Shown: positions 10,281 to 19,542 of the stretch, piece by piece
Position numbering within the stretch: position 1 is the stretch's first letter
Layout: the number at the start of each line of letters is the position of its first letter
Source: Spirochaetia bacterium
Lineage (GTDB): Bacteria; Spirochaetota; Spirochaetia; CADAEX01
NCBI GenBank assembly: GCA_024402405.1
Contig: JAKSTW010000002.1
Span: 6,201 to 70,200 of the forward strand
Direction of reading: 5' to 3'
DNA: 64,000 nucleotides
Made by a program: the position numbers and the translations under genes
The notes under the pieces: model-generated
Database searches by the model: none
What the model was told of the DNA's origin: nothing
The model's input: the letters and a program-made list of their open reading frames with translations, nothing else

Positions 10281-11133
10281 ATATCAGCTTTCCTGTTATG
10301 ACCCTGTCTCTGCCGGCCAGATCTTTTATTATTAATATATCAGAAAAATAATTATTTTCCATCACTGATCGTATCTCTTTCATCTGTGCCGGATCTGCCT
10401 CAAAAAAGATGGAACCTCCCGGCAGAAGATTCCTGTGTGCCTGCTTTATTATGATCCTGATGAAGTCCAGCCCGTCAGCTCCTCCGTCCAGTGCCAGTGC
10501 AGGTTCAGGCCATCTGCTTTCTTTCATCGTTGTTGTCTCTGCCGTAGTGAGATATGGGGGATTGGATACGATTATATTGAATTTTTCATCAATGCCTGCA
10601 AAAAGGTCAGTCCTGATAAATGTTATCTTGTCTGAGCTGTCCAATAGTGTGTTCTGGTTCATCCTGGCCACATCAAGTGCTTCGGCTGAAATGTCAGAAG
10701 CCCAGATATCGCATTGCGGAATGCTGTGTTTCAATGATATTGCAATGCAGCCGCTTCCGGTGCAGAGGTCAAGAATTTTTGGAGTGCAGCTGGATGACAA
10801 TGTTTCCTCTGCTGTTCTCTGCACCGCCTCAACCAGTATTTCTGTATCTGCCCTTGGTGTGAGGACTCTTGCATCAACATGAAAATCCAGTCCGTAAAAT
10901 TCTTTCATCTCTGTGATATATGCCACCGGACTGCCGGCAGCCCTCTGTGCCGCTTTTTCCATGAATATCTGATGATTATCATCTGATAATGGTTCAGGAT
11001 AAGATGCCAGGAGCTTTTCCCGGGAGACTCCAAGTACTGATGCCAGTATGACGGAAGAATCCAGCCATGGGGTCTCATCCCATCTTTTTGAGATAACTGC
11101 TGCTCCCTGTGATATTGCTTCCCGTACTGTCAT
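10267..11133 (-). CDS. prmC: Release-factor glutamine N5-methyltransferase
   Basis: It carries the NPPY motif (IVSNPPY). It lies immediately upstream of prfA in the direction of transcription, which is the classic prfA-prmC arrangement. Confidence 0.8.
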   Translation of the reverse strand: MTVREAISQGAAVISKRWDETPWLDSSVILASVLGVSREKLLASYPEPLSDDNHQIFMEKAAQRAAGSPVAYITEMKEFYGLDFHVDARVLTPRADTEILVEAVQRTAEETLSSSCTPKILDLCTGSGCIAISLKHSIPQCDIWASDISAEALDVARMNQNTLLDSSDKITFIRTDLFAGIDEKFNIIVSNPPYLTTAETTTMKESRWPEPALALDGGADGLDFIRIIIKQAHRNLLPGGSIFFEADPAQMKEIRSVMENNYFSDILIIKDLAGRDRVITGKLIYGKN

Positions 11134-11135
11134 TT

Positions 11136-12206
11136 TTAAAGTTCATGTTCCTTCAGCTGCTGTTCCCTGTATTCCAGTTTCAGTGCTTCCAGAAGTTCAT
11201 CCAGTGCTCCGTTTATTATCATGTCAAGTTTATATAAGGTCAGGTTGATCCTGTGATCTGTCAGTCTGTTCTGAGGAAAGTTGTATGTCCTGATCTTCAC
11301 AGATCTGTCTCCGGAACCGACCTGATTTTTTCTGGTCTCTGATCTTTCTTTCTGCTTCTTGGTCTCTTCTATCTCATAAAGTCTGGCACGCAGAACTCTG
11401 ATGGCCTTGGCCTTGTTCTTTATCTGGGATTTCTCGTCCTGGCAGATCACCACCAGCCCTGTAGGAATGTGTGTGACCCTGACTGCGGAATCTGTAGTGT
11501 TGACACTCTGTCCGCCAGGTCCTGAAGAACGGTATACATCTATCTTCAGATCTTCCGGATTTATCTGGATATCTGTCTCCTCGGCCTCCGGAAGCACAGC
11601 TACAGTGACCGCTGATGTATGGATCCTGCCGCCTGATTCTGTCTCGGGAATACGCTGCACCCTGTGGACTCCGCTCTCATATTTCATGCTCTCAAATACA
11701 TTCTTGCCGGACACTGAGAAGATTATCTCCTTGATTCCTCCCAGACCGCCATCATGGGATGACATGATTTCTATCTTCCATTTCCGGAGTTCCGCATATT
11801 TTGAGTACATCCGGTACAGATCTGCTGCGAAAAGCCCTGCCTCATCACCGCCTGTACCGGCCCTGATCTCCATGATGATATTCTTCATGTCCATAGGATC
11901 TTTCGGAATCAGCAATGTGCGGAGAAGCTTGGTCTGCTCTTCTTTCTTGGCTTCCAGCTGCTGGATCTCTTCCCTGGCCATCTCTTTCAGGTCTGGATCT
12001 TCTTCGCTTTCAGAGAGTTCCTGAGCCTCTTTCAGCTGTGAGACAAGGGTCTTGTAGATAGCATAGTTGTCTGTGATTTCTTTGGTGGCTGCATGTTCTT
12101 TCATGAGTTCACCATATTTTTTCATATCCTGCATGACAGAACTGTCTGCCAGTTGTTTTTCCAGTTCGAGAAATTTCTTTTCTATACTATCCAGCTTATC
12201 AAACAT
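11136..12206 (-). CDS. prfA: Peptide chain release factor 1
   Basis: It has the GGQ motif ([12 protein letters not shown]) and a PxT-type region, and is 356 aa long. Confidence 0.9.
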   Translation of the reverse strand: MFDKLDSIEKKFLELEKQLADSSVMQDMKKYGELMKEHAATKEITDNYAIYKTLVSQLKEAQELSESEEDPDLKEMAREEIQQLEAKKEEQTKLLRTLLIPKDPMDMKNIIMEIRAGTGGDEAGLFAADLYRMYSKYAELRKWKIEIMSSHDGGLGGIKEIIFSVSGKNVFESMKYESGVHRVQRIPETESGGRIHTSAVTVAVLPEAEETDIQINPEDLKIDVYRSSGPGGQSVNTTDSAVRVTHIPTGLVVICQDEKSQIKNKAKAIRVLRARLYEIEETKKQKERSETRKNQVGSGDRSVKIRTYNFPQNRLTDHRINLTLYKLDMIINGALDELLEALKLEYREQQLKEHEL

Positions 12207-12282
12207 AGGTTGATTCTATCAATAAAATTTCCTTCTTGCAATATTTGGATTATGTTGGTTACTATATATACGAGAGGTATTT

Positions 12283-12546
12283 ATGTTAAATTTTCTGATC
12301 AGATCTTATAAGAAAATCATGGAGGCTGCCGCATGGCTCTTCCTGATCGCTGGCGGTATCTATGGATTTGTCCAGGGATATGATGCAGGGGGCAATTTTA
12401 TTATGGGACTTATGGGTGTCGTTATCGGGCTTGTGTTTGCTCTTGTCCTTGAACTGATATGTTTTCCACCTCTTATGATCCTTTTCTCGATTAATTCAAA
12501 GCTGGACAATATAGAGAAGATGATGGGAGATAAGAATAATGGATGA
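12283..12546 (+). CDS. Small hypothetical membrane protein
   Basis: It has two predicted hydrophobic helices. It overlaps the start of the downstream gene by 8 nt. Confidence 0.35.
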   Translation: MLNFLIRSYKKIMEAAAWLFLIAGGIYGFVQGYDAGGNFIMGLMGVVIGLVFALVLELICFPPLMILFSINSKLDNIEKMMGDKNNG

Positions 12547-13636
12547 GAGACTTGAAAGAAGCGCGGAGATAACTGTACGCGATATCATAAAGGGAAAAGC
12601 CGGGGAGAGGGCACTGATAATAACCAATCCTGATACTGAGTCTTATAATATTTCACTGGCACTTTTCCGTGCGTTCCAGAATATTCAGGTGGCACCTGTA
12701 ATTGCAGTGCAGCCGGTGAAGACCCAGTTTGATTATGCTGAGCCTGCTGTGATCTCAGCTCTGAAAAGTGAGCCTGAGATCATACTTTCCATAAGTAAGA
12801 ACAAGATGGGCAAGGATAAGGCTGCCATTGAGAAGCCATATATGCTGGATGGCAAGGAAATTGACAATACTTTCCACTATCTGCTTCAGACTGGAAAATC
12901 CAGATCGTTCTGGTCTCCAGGAATAACTGAGGATATGTTCATCAGAACTGTTCCCATAAGTTACAGTCAGCTTAAGGCAGATTGCATCAGGCTGAAGGTA
13001 CTGCTGGACAGGGCTGACCGGATGCATATTTCTGCGCCTGGGGGAACAGATCTGGATGTTGGACTGAGAGGAAGAAAAGGCTTTGAGGACAACGGAGATT
13101 TCTCGGCTCCCGGCGCAGGCGGAAACGTTCCTGCCGGTGAGGTTTTCATCTCTCCTGAATTGGGAACTGCCAACGGTACGATCGTGTTTGACGGCAGCAT
13201 TTCTGTAAGGTCAGGGGACATTGTCATCCATGAGCCTATCAGGGTGCAGGTGGAGAATGGATTTGCCGTCAGTATCAACAGCAATGAGTCTGCTGATGCT
13301 GCTGTTCTTGAGGATACCATAACCTGCGGTGAGCGCCAGGCTGTGAGAATGGAGACTGAAGGACGTCTTCCTGCCGGGCTGGGAACAGTTTATGCAAAAA
13401 ATGCCAGAAACCTGGGGGAGGTAGGAATAGGTCTGAATCCTGCCGCTGAGATCACCGGTAATATGCTGGAAGACGAAAAAGCTTTCAGAACATGTCATAT
13501 TGCCATAGGATGCAATTATGATGAGGATGCCCCGGCTCTGATCCATCTGGATGGACTTGTCAGAAATCCTACAATAGAGCTGTTCAATCCTGATGGAACT
13601 TCAGTGATGATAATGAAGGATGGTATTATTTCCTGA
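12539..13636 (+). CDS. Putative aminopeptidase (M29/AmpS-like)
   Basis: The assignment rests on overall resemblance to thermophilic-metalloprotease-type aminopeptidases (PAGEVFISPE...IHLDG). The family call is tentative. Confidence 0.45.
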   Translation: MDERLERSAEITVRDIIKGKAGERALIITNPDTESYNISLALFRAFQNIQVAPVIAVQPVKTQFDYAEPAVISALKSEPEIILSISKNKMGKDKAAIEKPYMLDGKEIDNTFHYLLQTGKSRSFWSPGITEDMFIRTVPISYSQLKADCIRLKVLLDRADRMHISAPGGTDLDVGLRGRKGFEDNGDFSAPGAGGNVPAGEVFISPELGTANGTIVFDGSISVRSGDIVIHEPIRVQVENGFAVSINSNESADAAVLEDTITCGERQAVRMETEGRLPAGLGTVYAKNARNLGEVGIGLNPAAEITGNMLEDEKAFRTCHIAIGCNYDEDAPALIHLDGLVRNPTIELFNPDGTSVMIMKDGIIS

Positions 13637-14864
13637 TGAATTTTATTCTCAGGATCTGTCTTTCTGATACTTCTTCGATCGTAAATGTGTATTCCCCCAG
13701 CTGGACTGTCTCTCCGGCTGCCGGAATGCGCTGCAGTTCTTTGATTATAAGTCCACCGATAGTGCGCACACTGTTATCCCACGGCAGCTGAATTTTCAGC
13801 CGTTCACACACATTGAATACAGGTGCCTCACCTGCAATGATATATTCTGTATCAGAAACCTTGTCGATTTTTTCAGTCTCAGGGATGGCCTCTTCTTTTT
13901 CCTGCATGGCTCCCAGAATTTCTTCAATTATGTCAGTCAGAGTCACTATGCCTGCCAGTCCGCCATACTCATCCACGACCACAGCAAAATGATCTCCTGT
14001 TTTTTTCATCTGCTTGAAGACATGATCCAGTTTCTTGGTTTCCTGTATGAAGACAGGCTTTGATGCCAGCTCCTTCAGTTTGATATGGAGGTTGTTTTTC
14101 TTTACTTCCATAAGAAGCTGGTTGTAACGGACAACTCCGGTTATATTCTCTGGATTTTCATGGTAGATAGGAATCTTTGAGTGGGATTCCCTGAGAATGG
14201 CATCTATTGCATCTGACAGCTCCAGATTTTCATCCATACTGAACACATCTGTTCTGTGTGTCATGACATTGCGCAGGGTGCTCTGTCTCATTATGAACAG
14301 TCCGTTCAGCATACGCCGCTCATAATCTTTCATTATTCCTGCGTTATCCGCACTTTTTATCATATTGTAAAGCATTTCAGCTGTGATCTTTTTCTGCTGC
14401 TTTGGTCCCAGCAGACAGGTTATGAGGGAACTGCAGAAGTTGATTATGGCTATTACAGGACGAAGAATTATGGACAGCACATAGATAATAGGAATCGTAT
14501 ATAATGCGATCTGCTCATTCCAGTTCATGGCGATGTTCTTAGGTGTTATCTCACCGAAAATCAGCAGGAACAGTGTGAGCAGTCCGGTGACAAGTCCAAG
14601 TATATTGCTTCCGCCGGCTTTTATGGTGAAGGTCGTGACAAATGCTGAAAGGCTGACATTCACCAGGTTGTTGCAGATAAGAACTGTTGCTATGAAAATA
14701 TCTGATCTGCTGTACATGGATTTAAGGAGTTTGCCGGCTTTTCCCTTCCGGACTGCCAGATCCTCGACCTGCATTAATGATAGTGATGTGAATGCTGTCT
14801 CGCTTCCGGAGAAGAGAGCCGAAAGCATAAGAAGAACTATTATAATTGCTGCATCTATAAACAT
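13626..14864 (-). CDS. CNNM/HlyC-CorC family membrane protein (DUF21 + CBS pair + CorC_HlyC transporter-associated domain)
   Basis: It has N-terminal transmembrane helices, tandem CBS motifs and a C-terminal CorC-like domain. Confidence 0.75.
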   Translation of the reverse strand: MFIDAAIIIVLLMLSALFSGSETAFTSLSLMQVEDLAVRKGKAGKLLKSMYSRSDIFIATVLICNNLVNVSLSAFVTTFTIKAGGSNILGLVTGLLTLFLLIFGEITPKNIAMNWNEQIALYTIPIIYVLSIILRPVIAIINFCSSLITCLLGPKQQKKITAEMLYNMIKSADNAGIMKDYERRMLNGLFIMRQSTLRNVMTHRTDVFSMDENLELSDAIDAILRESHSKIPIYHENPENITGVVRYNQLLMEVKKNNLHIKLKELASKPVFIQETKKLDHVFKQMKKTGDHFAVVVDEYGGLAGIVTLTDIIEEILGAMQEKEEAIPETEKIDKVSDTEYIIAGEAPVFNVCERLKIQLPWDNSVRTIGGLIIKELQRIPAAGETVQLGEYTFTIEEVSERQILRIKFIRK

Positions 14865-14957
14865 AAATCACATATAAATTAACAGAGAAAATTTAATTCC
14901 GCAATACTATCTTGTAAAATGGTATGCAAACAGAGTAGATTGTATTCAGGAGAAAAT

Positions 14958-16211
14958 ATGACAGAGAAAAAAGTTCCGTTTACAGCTGAACAGATTAAAA
15001 ATATTATAAAGGAGTATCCTACTCCGTTCCATATTTATGATGAGAAGGCTATCAGAGAAAATGCCAGAAGATTTTATAAGGCTTTTTCATGGGTACCTGG
15101 CGGGTTTAAAGATTATTTTGCGGTGAAGGCTCTTCCTAATCCGTATATCATGAAGATCCTGAAGGAGGAGGGGCTGGGTGCTGACTGTTCGTCAATGGCA
15201 GAGCTGGTCCTTTCCGAAAAAGTCGGACTGAAGGGTGAGGATATAATGTTCACTTCCAATGATACCCCGGCGGCAGAATACAAGAAGGCTTATGAGCTGG
15301 GTGCTGTCATCAATCTGGATGATATATCTCATATTCCATTTCTGGAAAAAAGTGCCGGAATTCCTGAGCTTATCTGTTTCCGCTATAATCCGGGGCCGCT
15401 GAAAGAGGGAAATGCTCTTATCGGCAAGCCTGAGGAGGCCAAGTACGGACTGACCAGAGAGCAGCTTTTTGAAGGATACAGGACTATGAAGGCCAAAGGT
15501 GCCAGACGCTTCGGACTGCATACCATGGTGGCTTCCAATGAGCTGAATCCTGACTATTTTGTAGAGACTGCCCGGCTGCTGTTTGATCTGGTGGTGGAGA
15601 TCTCCAGAACTGTGGGAATAACCTTTGAGTTTGTGAATCTGGGAGGCGGTATAGGAATTCCATATAAGCCTGAGCAGACAGCTGTTGACCTGGAGTATGT
15701 TGGAGAGAAGATCCGCCAGGCCTATGAAGATACTGTTGTGAAAGCCGGGCTTCCGCCGCTGAAAGTTGTGATGGAGTGCGGACGTATGATAACAGGTCCT
15801 TACGGTTATCTGGTGGCGACTGCGATTCACACAAAGGATACATATAAAAATTATATCGGTCTGGATGCCTGTATGGCCAATCTGATGCGTCCTGCACTGT
15901 ACGGTGCATACCATCATATAACAGATATGGACAATCTCAGCGGAAAGGCTGAGTTCAAGTATGATGTGACTGGCTCACTGTGCGAGAACAATGATAAGTT
16001 TGCCATTGACAGGATGCTTCCTGAGATCAAAGTAGGTGATATTATTGTGATCCATGACAGCGGTGCCCACGGATATGCCATGGGATTCAACTACAACGGA
16101 AAGCTCCGTTCAGCAGAACTCCTGCTGAAATGTGACGGTACCGTTGAGAAGATCCGCCGTGCAGAGACTCTGGATGATTATTTTGCCACACTGGATCTCA
16201 GCAGACTGTAA
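14958..16211 (+). CDS. PLP-dependent decarboxylase, Orn/DAP/Arg decarboxylase family (diaminopimelate decarboxylase-like)
   Basis: The motifs FAVKALPNPYIMK (PLP-lysine region) and GGGIGIPY match this family. The start is moved to MTEKKVPF; the ORF-track start at 14919 is probably too far upstream. Confidence 0.55.
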   Translation: MTEKKVPFTAEQIKNIIKEYPTPFHIYDEKAIRENARRFYKAFSWVPGGFKDYFAVKALPNPYIMKILKEEGLGADCSSMAELVLSEKVGLKGEDIMFTSNDTPAAEYKKAYELGAVINLDDISHIPFLEKSAGIPELICFRYNPGPLKEGNALIGKPEEAKYGLTREQLFEGYRTMKAKGARRFGLHTMVASNELNPDYFVETARLLFDLVVEISRTVGITFEFVNLGGGIGIPYKPEQTAVDLEYVGEKIRQAYEDTVVKAGLPPLKVVMECGRMITGPYGYLVATAIHTKDTYKNYIGLDACMANLMRPALYGAYHHITDMDNLSGKAEFKYDVTGSLCENNDKFAIDRMLPEIKVGDIIVIHDSGAHGYAMGFNYNGKLRSAELLLKCDGTVEKIRRAETLDDYFATLDLSRL

Positions 16212-16218
16212 TAAGCGG

Positions 16219-17418
16219 TTACATGCTGAATCCGGCACCTGCGGATGTGCGTAATAATCCTGTCTGCACATTGTATGCCGCAAATATGTCTATGGCCGGG
16301 AATGCGATTTTCTTCAGATAGAATTTAAATCCCAGAACCGGTCCATGGGCAAGTATATCATCGGAAAGGACACCGTCTGCCTGACATATCTGGTACTGGG
16401 CATAAATGGATGGTGTTCCAAAAGATGCATTCGTAATTCCCCATTCCAGCCCGGCGCCGGCTCCTGCCGCAGAAGAGATGCGGTAGTTGCTGTTGAGAAG
16501 TGATATGAACATGGCATTCTGATTTCTGGCAAACACAGCAGGAACATCAGGCGCATATAATGCACCTGCATCTGCTATCAGTCTGAGCCGCTGCACCAGA
16601 TGCTTTTCCCAGAGTCCCCTGACTGAAAGCTCATAGAAATCATTGCCCCAGAATGAAAAATTATAAGTGACTTTTGCTGTCAGAAATGTCTCATCCAGAA
16701 AAGTCCCGTCCCAGATCGCATTGCGTGCTGAAAGTGACACTGACACAGGAACAGCCATAGCTGAGCTTGGTTCGCTGTCATCCACATAGCACATATTGAA
16801 TCCGGTCTCAAGTGATGCCTTCAGCCATGGAAGCAATTTCCTGTTTATTCCGGTTGATGCATTCACCATTGTGTTGTCAAAAGTGATGATGGAATCTCTC
16901 TTCTCATTGCGCAGCTTTGTCTTTCCTGTGCCGCTGCTGGCTCCTATGTGCCATCCGAACGGTGCATCGCCTTTCTGGCTGTGGCTGTAGGAAACCATGG
17001 CTCTCCATTTGTCATTGGCTATGAGTCCGCCTATTCCTGCCTGATCCATGATGCCGAAAGCATTGTTGTCCATGAGCATCATCCCGGCTCCGAAAGAATC
17101 TGAAGATGCATAGGCAAAAGGTATTGGCAGCAGTGAAAGTTTTTCTGCCACGGTGATATTCAGTGCTGATCCGTCTGCTGAGACATCTGTCTGGCTGAAC
17201 AGACCGGTCTGCTGGAGTTCGTTCACGACCTGTGAGGTATCAAAGTTTTCAGCCGGAAGTCCCTTGAATTTTTCCAGAAGTTCCATTATTGCCTGTGGTT
17301 TTGTCCTGCTGAGTCCTGTTATGTTTATTTCTGAGATAGTATCTTCGCTGAATGCTGAGGATGCTGATATGAGAAAAAACAGGATAAAAATATAGAACCT
17401 GATGATTCTTGTCTGCAT
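16219..17418 (-). CDS. Outer-membrane beta-barrel with a single N-terminal POTRA-like domain (Omp85/TpsB-like)
   Basis: The signal peptide MQTRIIRFYIFILFFLISASSAFS is followed by a POTRA-like segment (EINITGLSRTKPQAIMELL...) and a barrel that ends in an aromatic residue. The start is trimmed from the ORF-track position at 17505. Confidence 0.5.
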   Translation of the reverse strand: MQTRIIRFYIFILFFLISASSAFSEDTISEINITGLSRTKPQAIMELLEKFKGLPAENFDTSQVVNELQQTGLFSQTDVSADGSALNITVAEKLSLLPIPFAYASSDSFGAGMMLMDNNAFGIMDQAGIGGLIANDKWRAMVSYSHSQKGDAPFGWHIGASSGTGKTKLRNEKRDSIITFDNTMVNASTGINRKLLPWLKASLETGFNMCYVDDSEPSSAMAVPVSVSLSARNAIWDGTFLDETFLTAKVTYNFSFWGNDFYELSVRGLWEKHLVQRLRLIADAGALYAPDVPAVFARNQNAMFISLLNSNYRISSAAGAGAGLEWGITNASFGTPSIYAQYQICQADGVLSDDILAHGPVLGFKFYLKKIAFPAIDIFAAYNVQTGLLRTSAGAGFSM

Positions 17419-17425
17419 AGATGCC

Positions 17426-18181
17426 TCACATGGAGAATTTTTCACCAAGGTATATCTGCTTTGCCTGTTCATTGGCCAGAATGTCATCTTTATTGCCGGA
17501 GACAAGGATCTGTCCTTGATTTATGATATAGGCTCTGTCTGTGATTTCCAGAGTATCCCTGACATTGTGGTCTGTGATGAGCACACCGATGTTTTTCTCT
17601 GCAAATCTTCTGATGATGCTTTTGATCTCGGCCACTGCTATAGGATCGATTCCGGAGAAAGGCTCATCCAGCAGCAGATATTTTGGCTGCATTGAAAGGG
17701 CTCTTGCGATCTCTGTCCTTCTGCGTTCTCCGCCTGAAAGAGTGAAAGCTTTCTGTTTCCGTATATGTCCTATACTGAATTCCTCTATCAGCTGCTCCAG
17801 ATTGTCTTTTTTCTGCTGCTTTGTCAGATCTGACCTGGTCTCCAGTATGGAATAGATATTTTCCTCCACTGTGAGCTTCCTGAAAATTGAGGCTTCCTGC
17901 GGCAGATATGAGATTCCCATCTTGGCTCTCTTGTACATCGGTAAATTTGATATATCCTGGGTTCCCAGGAGGATCTTTCCCTCAGTGGGCTTTATGAATC
18001 CTGCTATCATATAGAATGCTGTGGTTTTTCCGGCTCCGTTGGGTCCCAGAAATCCCACTATCTCACCTTTCCGCATGGAGAGTGTGATTCCTGCCACTGC
18101 AGTTTTTTTGCCGAATACTTTTTTCAGCCCTTCTACTGCCAGATGTTCACCGTCATCATTTAACAGTTCCTGTTCCGTCAT
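17426..18181 (-). CDS. lptB: LPS export ABC transporter ATP-binding protein
   Basis: It has Walker A (GPNGAGKTT), the signature LSGGERRR and Walker B (LLLDEPFSGID). Its position after lptC-lptA supports the assignment. The start is set at MTEQELL. Confidence 0.75.
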   Translation of the reverse strand: MTEQELLNDDGEHLAVEGLKKVFGKKTAVAGITLSMRKGEIVGFLGPNGAGKTTAFYMIAGFIKPTEGKILLGTQDISNLPMYKRAKMGISYLPQEASIFRKLTVEENIYSILETRSDLTKQQKKDNLEQLIEEFSIGHIRKQKAFTLSGGERRRTEIARALSMQPKYLLLDEPFSGIDPIAVAEIKSIIRRFAEKNIGVLITDHNVRDTLEITDRAYIINQGQILVSGNKDDILANEQAKQIYLGEKFSM

Positions 18182-18854
18182 CCAGTTCTCCCTCCTCTCC
18201 GTCAGGCACATCCACAGGGATTTCCTCTTTCTGCTCTTCAGAGAAAATCTTTCCTGAAACCTTTCCCTCCAGGGAAATCTCATCTTTATCTATGTCAATG
18301 ACAATTCTGAGTGCTCTGTATTCATCATCCTTCCAGTAAACTACGGGCATTCCTGACAGCTCCAGTATCTCCTGATTCCTGTCATAGCGGGCAAACTCTG
18401 ATCTGCAGGCCATATCCTCTTTCAGGATCCTGACCCCTATCTGTATAAGGCAGATCTCTTCCTGTTCCAGATATTCCAGAAAATTGCCTTTGACTACCAC
18501 CTTGTTTTTCATGTCTTCCATGATGGCAGAGCCTTCTACCCGGATTATGTCATCTTTTCTGTTGAAGAAAAGTTTGGATGCTTTCAGGGAGATTCCCTTG
18601 TTGTTGTCAAGAACTTCCACATTGCCGGTACATTCCGCATATTCGTTGTCTCCGCCGTAGATCTTTATTATGTCAGCAGATATGACGGTTGATGAGGATG
18701 TGATGCCTGCATTGCCGTCCAGAAGTGTATATTCCTTGCCCTGGGCTCTGACAGATGAGAGCCTGTCTCCGTGGAATGTGAAGTTGTCTGTGGCCCAGCT
18801 GTCTGCGGCCAGCATGAAAAATAAAAGGACTGCCAGTTTAATCTTTATCTTCAT
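18156..18854 (-). CDS. lptA: LptA/OstA-like periplasmic protein
   Basis: It has a signal peptide and OstA-N-like beta-jellyroll repeats, and lies between the lptC-like gene and lptB. Confidence 0.55.
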   Translation of the reverse strand: MKIKIKLAVLLFFMLAADSWATDNFTFHGDRLSSVRAQGKEYTLLDGNAGITSSSTVISADIIKIYGGDNEYAECTGNVEVLDNNKGISLKASKLFFNRKDDIIRVEGSAIMEDMKNKVVVKGNFLEYLEQEEICLIQIGVRILKEDMACRSEFARYDRNQEILELSGMPVVYWKDDEYRALRIVIDIDKDEISLEGKVSGKIFSEEQKEEIPVDVPDGEEGELDDGTGTVK

Positions 18855-19404
18855 CTATGAATTTCCCCTCAGTCTTTTCCAGAAATGTGAAGGATTTGCC
18901 TGATGCGTCGGCGATGAATCCGGTCCCTTCGATCCTGGTGCCATCTCCCTGCTCAATGGAGACCTTTGTGTTATCCAGACTTTTCATGATCTTCTTCTCG
19001 TTGTCCCATTCTATGTAGTCGCTCCGGACTATGAAATCCTGCTTGATGGCATTTATTATAAGCTTTCCGTCAAAGATTATATTGTCATTATTGGTATTGT
19101 AGATTGCTTTTTCTGCGGCGCCCTCTGTGCCGGTCTGACCTTTGTCATCGTATTCTCTGAAAATGATGTTGTCGAAATATGTGATGCCCTGCTGGTCGTA
19201 CAGTGCGGCTCTGTCTGCGGCGATGGAATATGATATGTTTCTGTTCTCCACCACTGTCTGTGAGAAATTGAAGAGCACGCTGTTGGGCAGCTGTTCTGAG
19301 AATGTATCTGAGATGTCTGCTTCCTCATAGTTCAGGGAACATCCTGTGCACATGACTGCGGCGAGAATGATTATTGTTTTTATCAGACTGAGTTTTCTAT
19401 GCAT
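18838..19404 (-). CDS. LptC-like lipoprotein/membrane-anchored protein
   Basis: It has a lipobox (MCTGCS), is of LptC size and sits at the head of the lptA-lptB cluster. Confidence 0.45.
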   Translation of the reverse strand: MHRKLSLIKTIIILAAVMCTGCSLNYEEADISDTFSEQLPNSVLFNFSQTVVENRNISYSIAADRAALYDQQGITYFDNIIFREYDDKGQTGTEGAAEKAIYNTNNDNIIFDGKLIINAIKQDFIVRSDYIEWDNEKKIMKSLDNTKVSIEQGDGTRIEGTGFIADASGKSFTFLEKTEGKFIDEDKD

Positions 19405-19542
19405 ACAAAACCAATTTATATTTTATACATAATCAGCAGGTCAATCAATTGTAATTTGCTTTTTTAATATGAAATTTGATATTTGTATGTTCAGCATTGA
19501 ATATTGTTGACATGTCATTCAGGAGGGGGGTATTGTTTTGTT

